From Lophium mytilinum (Eukaryota): a stretch of 39,962 nucleotides of DNA. The notes beneath the pieces are model-generated. The model did no database searches, was not told the origin of the DNA, and saw only the letters and a program-made list of their open reading frames with translations. The stretch lies in the NCBI GenBank assembly GCA_010093605.1, contig MU004200.1, forward strand, positions 744,001 to 783,962. Direction: 5' to 3'. Positions 1 through 10,214 of this stretch are shown here, one piece after another. The stretch's first letter is position 1. Every line of letters starts with the position of its first letter. A program made the translations under genes and the position numbers.

Positions 1-1
1 G

Positions 2-261
2 GCACGCGGAGGTCCCTTCAGGCCGTCCGTTTATGAGCTAGAACCTGGCTTTCACTCCGGCCAAGCCCCGCTCCAGTTCCAGACGTCAATATTCCGGAAG
101 TAGGTCTTGTCGTTGGAATATTTTGGATCAACACTAACCTTGTTAGCTCCCATTACAACACAGCGCACTTCCTAAACCCAGATTTCCAACCCGAGGAATG
201 GACGCCGGACTCGGAATATGTGACGACAAACCGCTCTCGGCATAAGTCGACGTCACAATAA
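2..261 (+). CDS. 3' end of a gene running off the left edge (exons <2-99, 147-261); possibly the C-terminal tail of a fungal otubain-like (peptidase C65) deubiquitinase
   Basis: Open frame ARGGPFRPSVYELEPG...QTSIFRN, a 47-bp GT-AG intron at 100-146 with a CTAAC branch site, then SHYNTAHFLNPDFQPEEWTPD...SQ*. The product guess rests only on my recollection of this C-terminal motif. Confidence 0.55.
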
Positions 262-2237
262 AAGTGCCTGTCTCCCAGACCTCTGGGACTGTCTAGTTCG
301 GTTCGAATAGCAAAGAAACGATAAAAACGGCTCCCGGGAGGTTATCTTTGTACCTTTTAGCGAAACTAGGCACGGCGTTCATCGAGCTCTCTAATTTGCC
401 AAGCCAAGGTTGCGAAACACTCCGATGACGCCCACGACTGTTGACGAAGTTTGACGATTTCTCTCAACTGCGAGCATCATTCAACTCTCACATCATACCC
501 ATTATATCTTACGTCCCTTTTGCTGCCACCCTAAAACGATTTCTTTTCCTGTCAACACGCCCATGCATCGTGCTTCGGTACAATATGCAATTGCTCCCAA
601 ACTCTACATCCTCCATCGATTCTTCAAATTCGGGCGGAATTCTCCACAACATTCTGTTTGTCATATTTTACGAACCAGACTGCAAAAAGAGGCTTCTTGT
701 CACCCGCGAGGATTGAAACGACCTTTCACGACTTCACATCAAAGACTATACTGCCGCAGGGTGCCCGACGTTACTTAGAGTTGAGAATCCTTATGTTGCT
801 TTCCTGTCTCTCTTCTCATAGCATGCGCCTCCCTCTGCTCCCCTAATCTTTTTCCTTGACTCTCTCTCTGGTTGGGTTTGTGCACACTACCCCTATTTGG
901 TAACTCTGCTACAATTGGGTTCTGTCTATCATCGCACTTTGCTCTGGCAGATCTCAACGGTGCCGCTTTCTTCCTAGCTGTGCTGTGTTGTGTGTCATAC
1001 TGAGCAAGTCGGATTTTCCTACTACTATCTTTTCCACACAGCCTTTGCCTGGATTTTTCTTTCTGACAGGCTTTTTTGTCGAGGCCCCTGAAACGATGGT
1101 GTGCGTGTGTATTGGCTTTGGGGTCCTCTGCGTGCTTCTAGGCACGTGACAGATAGGGGTGGGGGTGGATGAGTGGGGGATTTTGCGACCTGGTGCTTAC
1201 GCGAGCAATATGCGCCTAGGGTCGAATCACCAGTGGAGTGGAGACGATGGTGGACTTCTTTCTTCGGTGGGCTGCTTGCTTGTGGGGGATGTGGGTGGGC
1301 TATGGGAATTGGAGTGATAGTTGGGGACCGAGATGGGGATTGGTTTCCCCCAATCTTTACGAACGGATCGACTCGGCACTCTTCACCTCTGTGACTGGAG
1401 AAAGCGAGGCTTCGACCCCGAGCTCTCGCCCCGCACCAGCAGCTACATATCCCGGCATAGCTTACTTCGACGCAAGCAAGCAAACCGTGGGAGATAGACT
1501 GAATCCAACAAACATGAATTAAAAAACGGTACCTCTGTTTTCCGGTGAATTACGATATTCTTCCATACTCACTCACGCGTTTTATTACGACTATTAGCCC
1601 CAGTATTCCCCTTCTCTTCTCGATGTCTATCATTCCTCATAGCTATCGTCTTCGACTCGACACTGGCGACGTAAACAGCGTGCTAGTAGTCTTCGTTTCC
1701 TAAGTTTGCTATGGCGACCCCTCAAACCGCTACGACGCCTTTCTTCTCTGAAGGGTGCTATCTAAGTAAATGACTTGAGAGAAAGAAAAGGTAGTGACGG
1801 TTTGAGTAGAGAGTTCGGAGATCACGCAATGTGAGGTCGGAATCTCCTGTGTGGGGATGGGTGTGAGATATCCACTCGCCGCGTGTTTTTTTCCCGCCCT
1901 GGTACTGTTTCGACTAACATCACCCGCGAACGGAGGATGACTATGAGCTGCTCCGCCTTTTTCGATAATCGCGAACCGGTAACGCGTGGGCAAGTAGAAA
2001 GTCTTGTAATGCGTGGTAAACGTAGGGCGTTCGGTGGAGTGTGGAGTGGGAGGGATGGTGGATGAGGTGCGGGAGGAGGCTGTTGAGGGTCCTGATCCGT
2101 ACGTATATCTAGGATTTCTGTTCAACCTTCAAGGCTTCGTCGTTTTACCATACTATCACAAATCACAAAGACGTACTGACGCAGCTCGATCAGTTCCATT
2201 GTTGTATAATTTCAGAGGATATAGATGGGATTGACGT

Positions 2238-4766
2238 CTAATCTCTACCCTCCATCTTCCACTTATTTAGATTCTTAAGCGAAGTCTCTGTGTGAGGATG
2301 CCGAGGGCCAAGAACCTGCCTGCATTGCTGAACGCACTCTTCCATCAATGAGATGGCCTCTCTATTCCGGCTTTGGAACTTCCACGTGTGTGCCAGGTTG
2401 TTCATGCCAGTTAGCGTGTCCGTATGCGCCGGCCCAAGCACCCTCTTGCGTATCTCTATTACTTGCACGCCTAGCTCTTCGGCCTCTTTCCACCGCCCTT
2501 GATTAGCATACGTCAACGCCAAGTTATTTACGCTAGCTAGCGTATTAGGATGCTCCTCTCCAAGCACCCTCTTTGTTATCCCTACTACTTTTACTCCTAG
2601 CTCTTCAGCTTCCTTCCACCGCCCTTGATTGTTGTACGTTAACGCTAGGTTGCCTATGCTAGCCAGCGTGCTCGGATGCTCTTCTCCAAGCACCCTCTTT
2701 CTTATCTCTACTACTTGCACGCCTAGCACTTCAGCCTCTTTCCACCGCCCTTGATTCTGATATATCAACGCCAGGGTATTTATACTAGCTAGCGTGTCTA
2801 GATGGTCCTCTTTAAGCACCCTCTTTCCAATCTCTATTACTTGCAGCTGCAGCTCTTCGGCCTCCTTCCACCGCCCTTGATGACGGTATACTATTGCTAG
2901 TTCGTGCATGGTGCTTACTATAGAAGGGTGCTCGGCCACAAGTACCCTTTTTCTTGCCTCTAAAACTTGCTTAAACAACTCTTCAGCCTCTTTTGACCGC
3001 CCCGCAAAGCCTAATGATTGCCCTAGCAAGAGCATACTACGTGAAGTATATTCATGCTCTTTGCCATACAGTTTTATAAAAACCTGTACTACCATCTTTG
3101 ATAGCTTCTCGGCATCACTTAGACTTCCTTTCAGCTGTGCATACCAGGCCGCGTTGTGCAACAATAGAGCCCACCGTTCAAGGGATCTCTTAGATCTAGG
3201 CTGCTGCAATAGCGCCGACACAGCATGCGGGAAAAGAGGCTGGCATTGCGCCCAGTTCTCGAATCTCCCTGTCGGAAATGCTCTGCAAAGATTGTCGATG
3301 TATTGCTCCTTCCACGTTTCTAGTTGACCCTGTGCTTCCAGCCATTTCCGCGTGGCGAGCTGCACAAGCCTATGCATGTCGAATGTGGTTGCATCGGTGG
3401 TAAGCGTGATAAAGGAGTAGTTCCTCAGCGTGAGGATGTCGTCTTCGAATCCGTCGTCAACGCTGGCTTCCGACTGGCCATCGTCGTTGTCACTGTCTTG
3501 GAGTCTGTAGTCAACGCTGGCTTCCGACTCGATGTTGTTGCTATTACTGGGCTTGCCGTTTGTCTTCGTAGCGCTCAGGGGTCCATGGCTGTCGCCAGTC
3601 TCACTTCGCCTGTGGATGAGCGTTTCGGGAATCCCCTGCCGGTCAAAGAAGCTCATTAATGAAAGGAGGTCTGCGGCCGACCGCCTTGCCTCAAGTAAGT
3701 GATCAAACGAGATTTGCCACGTTATGAGAATAGAGTTCTTGGCTTCTTCGTCTCTCCGAAGGTGGCCTCCATCGTAATTCAACAGACTTGTCTTTTCCTT
3801 GTCGCTTTTGCGGAACTTCGCTAGGTACTGCTGCACCGAACACCGTGGTGCTCGTTGTCGGATGTACGCCGCCGCCTGCACGAGAGCAAGTGGCATGAAT
3901 TCGAGTGCGTCTGCTAGCTCGGCAGCGTTGTTCTGGTCGACTTCTTCTCCTATTTTCTTCAGCAGAAGCGCTCGTGCGCCGGCGTCGTCCATGGGATTGA
4001 TAGGTATGATATCTCTTTCTTCCACCAGCTGCAATGCCACCGCCCTATTCCGACTGGTGACCAGGACCGAGCCGTTCTTGCTCTGGGGCAGATATGACGA
4101 GAAGTAACGCGGAGGGCCACCGCTTGCTGGTAAAGAGAGAGCAGCGGCATCGTCGGCATTGTCGAGGACCAGCAGCCACTTCCCATTCTTCTCATTGCGG
4201 AGCCAGTTGTGGACAAGTTGGAAAACATCCGCTTTCGGGTCGTTCCGGCCAGCAAGCTTGACTTGGTCTGCGATGGCTTGGTAGCCTTGTTGGATGCGAG
4301 CCGCGGTGCTGGCATGTACCCAGAACACCCACGTCTCTGGTGACTGGTCCGCGATTCGATAGCAGTGCTCAATGGCGAGCTGCGATTTCCTATACCTATG
4401 TTAGGTTAAAGATCTCACCTAGGGGTTCTTTGGGCTTACCCCACACCACCGAAGCCCACCAGCGCTATGCGGGACGCCGGTGCGGAGCATCCTTCGCGTA
4501 TCTGATCGATTAGCGTTCCGCAATCGACAAAGTCTGGGTCGCGGCGAAATGGGACGACGCAGGAAGGGCTCGGTGGGGTCTCCGGTCGTTCTTGAAGAAA
4601 GCAGAAAGCTGTTAGCGTTACTATATCCAGGGCAAACTCTGACCGACACAATCAGCAACTCACGAGCCTGGTGGAAGTGGGCATCAATGTGGCCTGGGTT
4701 ATGCCCAACTTGCAGTCCTTGGTTACTGGAGCCCGAGAACGTAGAGTTGAAGGTAGGATTGGCCAT
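2238..4766 (-). CDS. Fungal NLR: N-terminal PP amyloid signalling motif + NB-ARC + TPR repeats, ~801 aa (exons 4766-4664, 4590-4440, 4389-2238)
   Basis: Introns 4663-4591 (GTGAGT..GCTAAC..AAG) and 4439-4390 (GTAAG..TAG) join MANPTFNSTFSGSSNQGLQVGHNPGHIDAHF, RPETPPSPSCVVPFRRDPDFVD and the P-loop GFGGVG|KS to the 696-aa ORF. That ORF has Walker B WLLVLDNADD, VLVTSRN, MPLALVQAAAYI, MHRLVQ and ~7 42-aa TPR-like units (QGRWKEAEEL...RVLGEEHP.TL). The exon sum of 2406 nt is in frame. Confidence 0.92.
2400..2960 (-). repeat. 126-bp tandem units encoding the NLR's TPR repeats
   Basis: TTCCACCGCCCTTGA recurs at 2488, 2614, 2740 and 2866, an exact 126-bp period (42 codons). Confidence 0.9.
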
Positions 4767-5876
4767 TTTCAAAAGCCCGAAGACCTTGACGCTTGCTGGT
4801 CCCTTGCAAATTTAAGAGTTGACGATGAGTGCGGGGGCAGTTTCCATCAGGCTGAGCTTCAGCTGAAATCTGCCTTTTCATGCAAGGCTGTGGGGCTGAG
4901 CAGATTCGTATCATTTTAGAGGCGTCCTACCTGCTTTTGGCACATCAAGGACGGGGATCCATCAAGCTGGCTGTATCGATTGCCTCTCTTTACGTGTCCA
5001 CCACGCAAGCCTCCTTTTCCGGGCCAGTCTTGAGCTGGCTTTGAGGTTGATTAGCTGGGAGAAGAGGCTGTAAATGTGTTCGTATGACAAAGCTCTAAAT
5101 AACCTGTTTCTGCAGCGCCGTAGCGCTGAGGCACACAAGCCCTACCTATCAGACAGCTAAGATACGAAGTTATCTTGCAGCAAGATATATCAGCTGAACT
5201 ACTCCGGCAACTTAACGCGCCAATAGCTGGCGGCTCAGCCTCGTAGCCTTGTTGAAGAGGCGAAATGAGGCTGGCGCCAGATGGAAAAGAAGCGGGACCA
5301 TCGAACTGAAAAAGCGGCCGGGTTACGGAACTTTTTGAGAGTAAGACTAAAAAGAATGAACCATTTCGCAAGAATGTAGTGGAAGTTGTTAGAACTAACA
5401 GCTCACCGGCAGGTCGGTGAGCGATAGATGAGAGCGGGTCGCCCCGCGATTAGACTGAACACTCCCGAGGCCAGGGACACTGTCCACAGCAAGTTCCCGC
5501 CGATCCCTGACGCCTATCTCCCCTGCTGTATTGGGACTGCAGTATCCGGCCTGGACTTCGAGAGTGCCTCACTGCACAGCCGTGCGCGTTCCAAGATGAA
5601 AACGCTACAGTTTCTACACAAAAAAGATACGCCTAGTACCGCAGTCTAGCCCTGCGTACTTGTTGACTTTGTGCGCTGTTGATAGCTCCGTGTCCTAGGA
5701 CCCCGCAAGGCTGATATTTAGCTCGACGCCGACTGTTAGGCAACGCGTTCACCTTCCAACAACAATCTAAGGAGCAGAGGTCCACAGCAGAACCTTTGTT
5801 GAAGGCTACTTTTACTGCTCTGTTAAGAATTTCCTCTCCGGCCTACGCTCTCTACTCCCCAAACCCGATCTACTCA
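4767..5876. promoter_or_regulatory. Divergent intergenic region and probable bidirectional promoter of the NLR and HeLo genes
   Basis: Start codons at 4766 (-) and 5877 (+) face away from each other, with no credible intact gene between them. Confidence 0.55.
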
Positions 5877-6671
5877 ATGGCAGAAGTTGCCAGTCTTGCT
5901 GTCGGTGTTATCGCTCTTGCTGGACTCTTCAACAACACTATCGAGTGCTTCGAATTCATCCAGCTTGGCCGTAACTTTGGGAAGAGCTTCCAGACAAGCC
6001 AGCTCAAGCTTGACAATGCAAGACTCCGCCTATCTCGCTGGGGCGCTTCCCTAGGATTAGGCGACAGCCCCCAAGAAATACAATCGCTGGAACAGCGCTT
6101 TGGTTCCGGCCAAAAATCTGACCAGGCCGAAGCTCTACTTGGCCAGATCCTCGACCTGTTTGCTGAAGCTGAAGGCATGTCGCAAAAGTATAAGAGGCGG
6201 ACAAAGGCTGGTGACAGCAGCCTCGCAGTATTCCATCCGGAAACAGATCTCGAACCTGCAAACGTAGATCTTCATCGAAAGATGCGGCAACTCTCTATCG
6301 ACCGTCAAAACCGGACTGGCCTGCGGGCGAAGACAAAATGGGCATTGTACGAGGAGAAGCGCTTCAGAAGACTGCTTGAAGATGTCATCGAACTAGTCAA
6401 CAGCCTCGTCGAGCTCTTTCCAGCCAGTCAAGCGGTCCAGCAACAGCTCTGCCAGAGAGAGGCGGCCGTGATTGGTGCAGATGAAGATATCTCGATGTTA
6501 CAGGAGATCGCTGCGGAGCAAGACAAGGCTTTGGAAACAGCTCTTGCAAAAGTTGCCAAGAGTACGCGAGGGTCAACGACTGTTGTGTTTTCTGGCAGCA
6601 ACAATACTGGCTTCCAGCTAGGTTCTAATTCCGGTTCAATTAGCGGCTTTACCTTCGGGAAAGGCAACTGA
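5877..6671 (+). CDS. HeLo (HET-S-like, prion-inhibition domain) cell-death effector with a C-terminal PP amyloid motif, 264 aa, intronless
   Basis: The N-terminus MAEVASLAVGVIALAGLFNNTIECFEFIQLGRNFGKSFQTSQLKLDNARLRLSRWG closely parallels the Podospora HET-S HeLo N-terminus (AGLFNN...CFEYVQLGR.FG...RLSRWG). It also has KWALYE.K.F..L.  The C-terminus is VVFSGSNNTGFQLGSNSGSISGFTF. The first ATG is at 5877; the ORF-track start at 5796 is TTG. Confidence 0.92.
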   Translation: MAEVASLAVGVIALAGLFNNTIECFEFIQLGRNFGKSFQTSQLKLDNARLRLSRWGASLGLGDSPQEIQSLEQRFGSGQKSDQAEALLGQILDLFAEAEGMSQKYKRRTKAGDSSLAVFHPETDLEPANVDLHRKMRQLSIDRQNRTGLRAKTKWALYEEKRFRRLLEDVIELVNSLVELFPASQAVQQQLCQREAAVIGADEDISMLQEIAAEQDKALETALAKVAKSTRGSTTVVFSGSNNTGFQLGSNSGSISGFTFGKGN

Positions 6672-8831
6672 TCGTCGCTTCTCAGTTTGTAGGGGTAGAC
6701 CCAGAACCAATGCTACCAATATAGCGCGATATGAAGAGAGCAGAGGAATTGCGCAAAGAATTAGTCTTTCTCCGTGTTACTAGTGTTATAGTTGAAAGGT
6801 TAGAAGAGAAGTGGACAGGAGATTGTCTTGACGAATAGCGATACAATTGAGTCCTTGTTAAAGCTTCCAGCTTTGCGAAATACTAGGATGCCGACCCGAG
6901 GACCTATCGGCGCCTCCATCCCCATGCTCCTACCATATTGGACCATGCCGCATGCGTGTTAGGCAGCCATAACTTGAACCCAGGGTCGAACACACCAGAG
7001 TGGCTGAATTATCTTGCTGCTCGCTGGCTTTGCGTCCGATCTAACCAATGTGGGCGAGGTTGAGGCATCGCCTGCTGCAATCAGAGAAGGAATTGGACTG
7101 GAGCGATTACTGGAGCCGGACGGAGTCACTTGATCATTACTGAGATCCTATTTGGTGAAGTGGATTTGAGGCTGTGGATGATCCTGGAGCTCCAATGGTT
7201 TGGTATGTTTATAGTGATGAGGTTGATTTTTGAAAGGCTCGGAGATCCGAAACGCCTTGGAGGTCCGCGTGCCTCTCATTGGGCCTCTGATTGGTGAAAC
7301 CCTTGCTAGCACCAATACCGCACTCCTGCCAGCGCAACAAATAACACGTGATGGAGTATCTTTCCAAATCATAGTGGTAATATATCTAGTGTTTCAGGGG
7401 GTTTAGCTGCAACGGCTTACGCTCTAGCTATACTGATGAAAAGATAGATTGTTATGTAAAAGCTCTCTAACGCTAAGCTATCTTAGGTAGTATACTAACT
7501 ATCTTTAGGTAATATCATATCACGTTAGCCTCCCTGGGGGAGGTGGACACTAGATCCAGGGCTTTCTACCAACTTCTGCTAGTAGGGCATGCGGGTTCAG
7601 ATGGCTGCTAATGATCGGGATTGTAATGTTAGAGATGGAGAAGAGGCTGAGAGGCAGGAGGTTGACTTGAAGCACGGGCGAAGAATCGGCCCGGTCGCCA
7701 GCCTCGTCATCATTTCTCAGGTCTCACGCAGTCACGCAGTCTTCTCCGTCCCAACTCACAACCACCAACTTCCCGACCTTTTCACCATGGTCTTATCTCG
7801 AAGTATAGGCTTCTTAAGTCTTTGTCTACGTGCTTCTGCGTGTCCGCTAGCTAGATCTCCGTGCTCGTAACCGATGCCAGTCGCCTGAGAATCATTTTTC
7901 GGTTGATACCTGCAATCAGTCCATCTGTCATTCGTATTATTAGTCTTCCTTTCTCGCAAGGATGTGTAGCTCGAGCATGTTTAGGCTCCGTGCTATCTGA
8001 GTGGCGACGTGTTCTATCGGGCATATTTCTTGATCATTCATGAGCGAGGACCGCAGGACGCTCTCTCTTCATAGTCCTAGTCTCGACACTTCAAAGCTGA
8101 TCTAAAACAATCTGTCTTCCTGTCGGGAGACTTGAAATGCTAGTGACCATCTTGACGGCTTCGGGACTCGTTTTGCCCACGTCTTCGAGCTGTTTCTTCC
8201 GCATGCCGTCAGAATACGGGATGTCGTGGAACCAACCACGAACCAACTCGTGCCACTTCCGAGATCGATCGCACCGGCTATGTAGATATGCACCACTCAC
8301 CACTCTCACACGGACTCCGTTTTGAGCAGAAAGAGGGGTGCAGATGCAAGACGTACCCCGCTGCGGCCAGACTGTCGATCTGGACGCCCACGTACAACAG
8401 ATCTTGCGCAATATCTAAGGTCTTCCCCTTGGAGCACCCGCGTGGACCAACCTCCATATCAGACGGACGACAAATTCTCGGAGAAGAAACTTCAGACTGC
8501 GTAGTGACATCACGCAGCGCGGAAGCAACCGCCAACACGATGCTTGCGGCTCCACCTGTCGAAAGCGCCCACCAATCGGGCGATATATCCCGCAGCAACT
8601 GCATACCAATCCCGCCATGCCAGCTGTCAACCACCTCATGCGGCATCCCAGCTGTCTCGAAAGGTTTTCAGGACCCCGAAGTAGCATGGTCCGCGTGGGG
8701 AAGCGTGGTGGTGTGCTCACGGGTGCCTTACCTGGGGCCTGGGGAAGCCCTAGGCGGAATATCATATCACTCAGGGTCCTTCTGAGTCGGGCTTCCCAAC
8801 TCTCGGAATGACTGCACATTTGGTTTCCACT

Positions 8832-10214
8832 ATGGGTACCACGGTTGGTGTTCTCTATCACGACCCACTGAATTTGGACTGATGGATGCCAGAAAGCATT
8901 ACCGGAGCCGGATAACGTGATCGAGTCCTTACTACACTCATTGCTGGAGACTTTCACTGCGACACGAGATCTCCACAAGACGCTCCGAGTGAAGGAAAAG
9001 AGGGACCATGAGGCAATCAAGACGATGAAGGGCTATCCGGAATCCCGCCGCAACTACTACACAGACAGTGACGGTATGGATGAGGCCGGAGAAGACGCGA
9101 TTACTGCGGACAAATCTGCCGTGAAACGAGAGTTCCAACGGGGATATAGCGACTTGGGACATCGATATGCAATTGGAGACGGTACTTCCATACCCGTTCA
9201 CAGCTTTGGTCCCCTCAAAACTGATTCCAGCCATCAGTCATCACTCAGACAGAACTCCAAGCCCAAATAATCGCCCTCCAAGGAACCCTCGTCACCGTAT
9301 TTCTCTACGGCCCGACCTCCCCTCATCCAATATCGCACCATCTCTCAACGATACTCTCCGCCTCGAGAACCGCCTCCGTCAACGCGGTCCACAGCCTTGC
9401 GGCGCAATACCAACGAATGATTACCGCATTCCCTCAAATCCCTCGCAGCTCTCCATCACCCCCTTACCCAGCAACCCTCCCACCAGCGCGACCACGCTCC
9501 TTATCTCTCTCCCAATCAAGGCCAATCCCCGCCCCCACCTCCACCGCGCTTGTCCCATCCCGCCACACATCCACGCACCACCCGTCCACTCACGCCAAGT
9601 CCGCCCGACCTCTTAGCTACCCAGCCTCCTCCCACGGCTCTCCCCCCGCCGTCCCAATGCCCTATCCCAGCGCCCGTTCCTCCACCCCGACGACCAGCTC
9701 CCTCACAAACCCCTCCCCAACCGCCAACCACGCCCTCTTCTGCCCCTACGCCCTGCATCTGCAATCCCACCCCCACCAACCCCTCTCCCCCGCCCTCTCG
9801 TCCTCAACTCCCTCCTGCCCATCTTGCGCCCGCACGCTGAACCTCACGCCCGGTCGCACCTGGGAAGTTCGCAAGACGGACATCGTGCTCGAGCACGACT
9901 CCCGCGGTCGCCGCGACAGCGCGCGGGAGAGGGAGGTCGAGCGGGTGTTCCAGGTGAACAACCGATTCGTCGTCAAGTGCCACCGCGCGGGGCCGGAAGG
10001 GGGGTATAGCTGCGTGATCTGTGCCAGAGATGAGGGGTGTGAGGCGGATACGGTGTGTGGGGATGTGAAGGCGCTGGTGCGGCATGTGTGGATGGAGCAT
10101 GAGGCGTGGGAGCTGGAGGGGGAGGGGGATATAGTGGAGGTGAGGGAAGGAGGTTTACAGGATAGATGGGAGAGGGGGAGCCGACGGAGGAGCTGGGATG
10201 CGGGGGATAGGTGA
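8832..10214 (+). CDS. Hypothetical protein, ~425 aa, with a Pro/Ser-rich middle and a Cys/His-rich C-terminus (exons 8832-8843, 8893-9181, 9238-10214)
   Basis: GT-AG introns 8844-8892 and 9182-9237 (CTGAT branch-like sites) join ORFs 8917 and 9417 in frame (AIGD|VITQTELQAQIIALQ). The C-terminus contains FCPYA, CPSC, KCH and CVIC...RHVWMEH. The first micro-exon is less certain. Confidence 0.75.

Noticed and set aside
528..537. ACCCTAAAAC as a telomerase RNA template
   Set aside because: It does not match the UAACCCUAA expected for TTAGGG telomeres. It would need an unusual TTTTAGGG repeat with only 2 nt of alignment, so the TER identity is unsupported.
1290..1470. RNase P/MRP, SRP or U3 identity for the multibranch stem
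   Set aside because: I could not find the diagnostic conserved boxes (CR-I/CR-V pairing, SRP helix 8, U3 boxes).
441..2234. Short ORFs in the left intergenic tract (e.g. 1238-1522, 1025-1483, 1730-2125)
   Set aside because: No recognisable motifs, mostly non-ATG starts, mutually overlapping, and composition that simply follows the G- or C-rich DNA.
5160..5420. Possible pseudogene (third cluster member) between the NLR and HeLo genes
   Set aside because: A protein-like frame with several stops, but no PP motif, lipase motif or other recognisable feature.
7450..7518. Solo LTR (TGTTA...ATCA)
   Set aside because: Too short, with no clear target-site duplication or second copy in the window.
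8091..8811. Overlapping 100-200 aa ORFs on both strands
   Set aside because: No coherent splice model or known motif; possibly a relic but not supportable.
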